Positions 62,002 through 64,000 of a DNA stretch of 64,000 bases are shown here, piece by piece. The DNA is from Calditrichia bacterium. GTDB lineage: Bacteria > Calditrichota > Calditrichia > RBG-13-44-9 > J075. The stretch's first letter is position 1; every line of letters starts with the position of its first letter. The position numbers and the translations under genes were made by a program. The stretch covers positions 134,624-198,623 of the forward strand of contig JBOEGD010000027.1 of assembly GCA_050633245.1 (NCBI GenBank), written 5' to 3'. The notes under the pieces are model-generated. The model saw nothing but the letters and a program-made list of their open reading frames with translations. It was not told the origin of the DNA and made no database searches.

Positions 62002-62676
62002 TCAAATGATCGAAATATCGATTACCACATCATCTTCCGCATTAAACTGTTTTTCGACCTGATTATCGAGTTCAACTCCGTTAATCTTCTCGACCTTTAT
62101 TCTGAAGCTCTTGTGATCGGGAGACTTGGAAACCATTACGCCCTCGACGTTAACCGTTCCACGATGCTTTTTATCGTAGTAAGCGGTTAAAACACGGTCG
62201 CCACTTTCAAGCGCAGATACAACTTCAACAATTGCAGAGATATCGCGTTCCTGAGCAAGTTCTTCAAGGTCGTGATTTTCAAGAACCTCTTTGATATCAC
62301 CATCATTGTATTGGAAATGAATCAGTCCCCCACCTCGCTTGGCATAAACTGTTTTCTCGGAGTTTTCTTCAATCAGGTCGCGCTCGACATTCACAATTTT
62401 TCCGGAAAAGCCTTCACGTCGGGTTTCGGTAATCTCAATGATGATCGGCATATCATCCAACTCACCATCATAGCCAATACGAATAAGCTCTACAATCTTC
62501 CCGGTTCCAATGCGCTCAATTTCATCGCGCAACTCGTTTGGATACATTGCACCGGGACGCGGTGGATCTATGGTTGGTGTTTGCTTGCGGAAAAGGTTGA
62601 AAAATCCACGAGTTCTATAAGGTGCAATAATGTTCGTTTTTCCAAAGGGCGTAGGCAGCTTCTGTTTCATAGACAT
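62002..62676 (-). CDS. Hypothetical acidic beta-rich protein
   Basis: 224-aa ORF with GAAGG RBS; no recognised motif. Confidence 0.65.
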   Translation of the reverse strand: MSMKQKLPTPFGKTNIIAPYRTRGFFNLFRKQTPTIDPPRPGAMYPNELRDEIERIGTGKIVELIRIGYDGELDDMPIIIEITETRREGFSGKIVNVERDLIEENSEKTVYAKRGGGLIHFQYNDGDIKEVLENHDLEELAQERDISAIVEVVSALESGDRVLTAYYDKKHRGTVNVEGVMVSKSPDHKSFRIKVEKINGVELDNQVEKQFNAEDDVVIDISII

Positions 62677-62862
62677 TCACCTTCCAACGTGATTACCGTT
62701 TTGATTAACGGGTGTCAACGATTATCTTTCGACCCGCTCAGCAACATAAAAATCTTTTGTTTTAGAGGAATCGGGTATTTCATTCAAGGATTTTAAGAAT
62801 GAGACAATATAATTAGCAAAATGTTCGACAAACAACAGTAAATCTTTAATTTTCAGCTTTCT

Positions 62863-63987
62863 ATGACCTTTATATTAGAACACACAGATTCGCAAACCAA
62901 AGCGCGGGCCGGAAGTTTTTCCACGGATCATGGAAGCTTTCAAACCCCCATGTTTATGCCGGTTGGCACCATCGGAACCGTTAAATCTCTTTCCCCCGAC
63001 GATCTGCTTGGCTGTGGTGCGCAAATTATGTTGTCTAATACCTATCATCTTTATTTGCGTCCCGGAACCCAAATTTTGGAACAGTTTGGCGGACTGCATC
63101 GCTTTAATCGTTGGAACGGTCCGATTCTTACCGACAGTGGCGGCTTTCAAATCTACAGTTTAAACGATCTGATTACCGGCAGCGAAGAAGGCGTTGAGTT
63201 TAAGTCGCATTACGATGGCTCCAGACATTTGTTTACACCCGAACGCGTGGTGGATATCCAGCGCTCTATCGGTTCAGACATTATGATGGTGCTTGACTAT
63301 TTAACCGGAAATCCAGCCGACTACGACACAGCAAATGAAGCTCACCTGCAAACCTTACGCTGGGCAGAACGCTCACGCAAGTATTTCAACTCTACCAAAC
63401 CGCTGTATGAACACCGCCAATTTCAGTTTGGCATTGTGCAGGGCGGCACCTATTCCGACCTTCGTAAAGCAAGCGCATCGGGCCTGATGTCAATTGGCTT
63501 TGATGGTTATGCGATTGGTGGCCTGGCTGTTGGTGAAGATCAACTAACCCGACGTAAGGTGACAGACGAATGCACCGATTTTCTGCCGCAGAATCAACCG
63601 CGCTATCTAATGGGCGTCGGTAAACCGGAAGACATTCTGGACGGTATCGAACTTGGTGTAGACATGTTCGATTGCGTAATACCCAGCCGAAACGCTCGCA
63701 ATGGATCGGTGTTTACCCAGGCCGGAAAGCTAAACCTGCGTAATGCAAAACATAGAACAGCTGAAGCCGCTATCGAGCCGGGCTGTCAATGTTATGCCTG
63801 TAAGCATTTCAGCATTGGCTATATCCATCACATGCTGAAGATAAACGAGATGCTCGGGCTACGACTTGCAACAACTCACAATATTCATTTTTATTTACAG
63901 CTCGTCACGAATTCACGTCAGGCCATTTTGGAGAATCGTTTCGCTGAGTTTAAGCAAGACTTTCTTAGTGCGGTGAACGGGCAGTAA
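62863..63987 (+). CDS. tgt: tRNA-guanine transglycosylase
   Basis: TPMFMPVGT, NTYHL, TDSGGFQ, GIVQGG, GGLAVGE, YLMGVG, DMFDCV, CQCYAC...H Zn site. Confidence 0.96.
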   Translation: MTFILEHTDSQTKARAGSFSTDHGSFQTPMFMPVGTIGTVKSLSPDDLLGCGAQIMLSNTYHLYLRPGTQILEQFGGLHRFNRWNGPILTDSGGFQIYSLNDLITGSEEGVEFKSHYDGSRHLFTPERVVDIQRSIGSDIMMVLDYLTGNPADYDTANEAHLQTLRWAERSRKYFNSTKPLYEHRQFQFGIVQGGTYSDLRKASASGLMSIGFDGYAIGGLAVGEDQLTRRKVTDECTDFLPQNQPRYLMGVGKPEDILDGIELGVDMFDCVIPSRNARNGSVFTQAGKLNLRNAKHRTAEAAIEPGCQCYACKHFSIGYIHHMLKINEMLGLRLATTHNIHFYLQLVTNSRQAILENRFAEFKQDFLSAVNGQ

Positions 63988-64000
63988 GGCAGTAAGGCAG
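63980..64000. repeat. Octamer repeat (GGCAGTAA)n starting at the tgt stop and running off the window
   Basis: GGCAGTAA GGCAGTAA GGCAG. Confidence 0.7.

Noticed and set aside
62863-63987. DpdA-like DNA-modifying TGT paralog (defence system)
   Set aside because: Full-length canonical tRNA TGT motifs and Zn site; no dpd or restriction genes nearby
1-64000. tRNA/rRNA genes, tRNA-Sec or sel genes, transposases, integrases, prophage
   Set aside because: None recognisable by eye; Sec machinery, if present, must lie outside this window

Overview
Bacterial chromosomal window using genetic code 11. Gene style suggests the FCB group (Calditrichota/KSB1-like), which is inference only. The left arm holds a MoxR-DUF58-RDD operon, namZ, an SDR, a HAD hydrolase, a TPR/HTH protein and lutBC. 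The standout is a gene the ORF track misses: 3193..3864 reads as one frame from a signal peptide through two in-frame TGA codons in UxxU spacing (T-U-V-G-U-P), followed by a SECIS-like hairpin and a beta-strand-rich domain. It is a candidate exported di-selenocysteine protein, co-transcribed with an exported YHS-TlpA thioredoxin and followed by a MIP channel. About 13.4-50.8 kb is a large minus-strand Wzx/Wzy-type polysaccharide locus rich in tailoring enzymes (carbamoyl, sulfo, amido, ACP-dependent acyl, diaminouronate, GDP-fucose). A upxY-epimerase-cysC-PHP-SLC13 block (56.4-61.6 kb) is separated from that locus by a plus-strand glucosidase/wHTH/S8-CBM48 block. tgt closes the window. Intergenic spaces carry 7/8/14/34-bp tandem repeats and REP-like palindromes.
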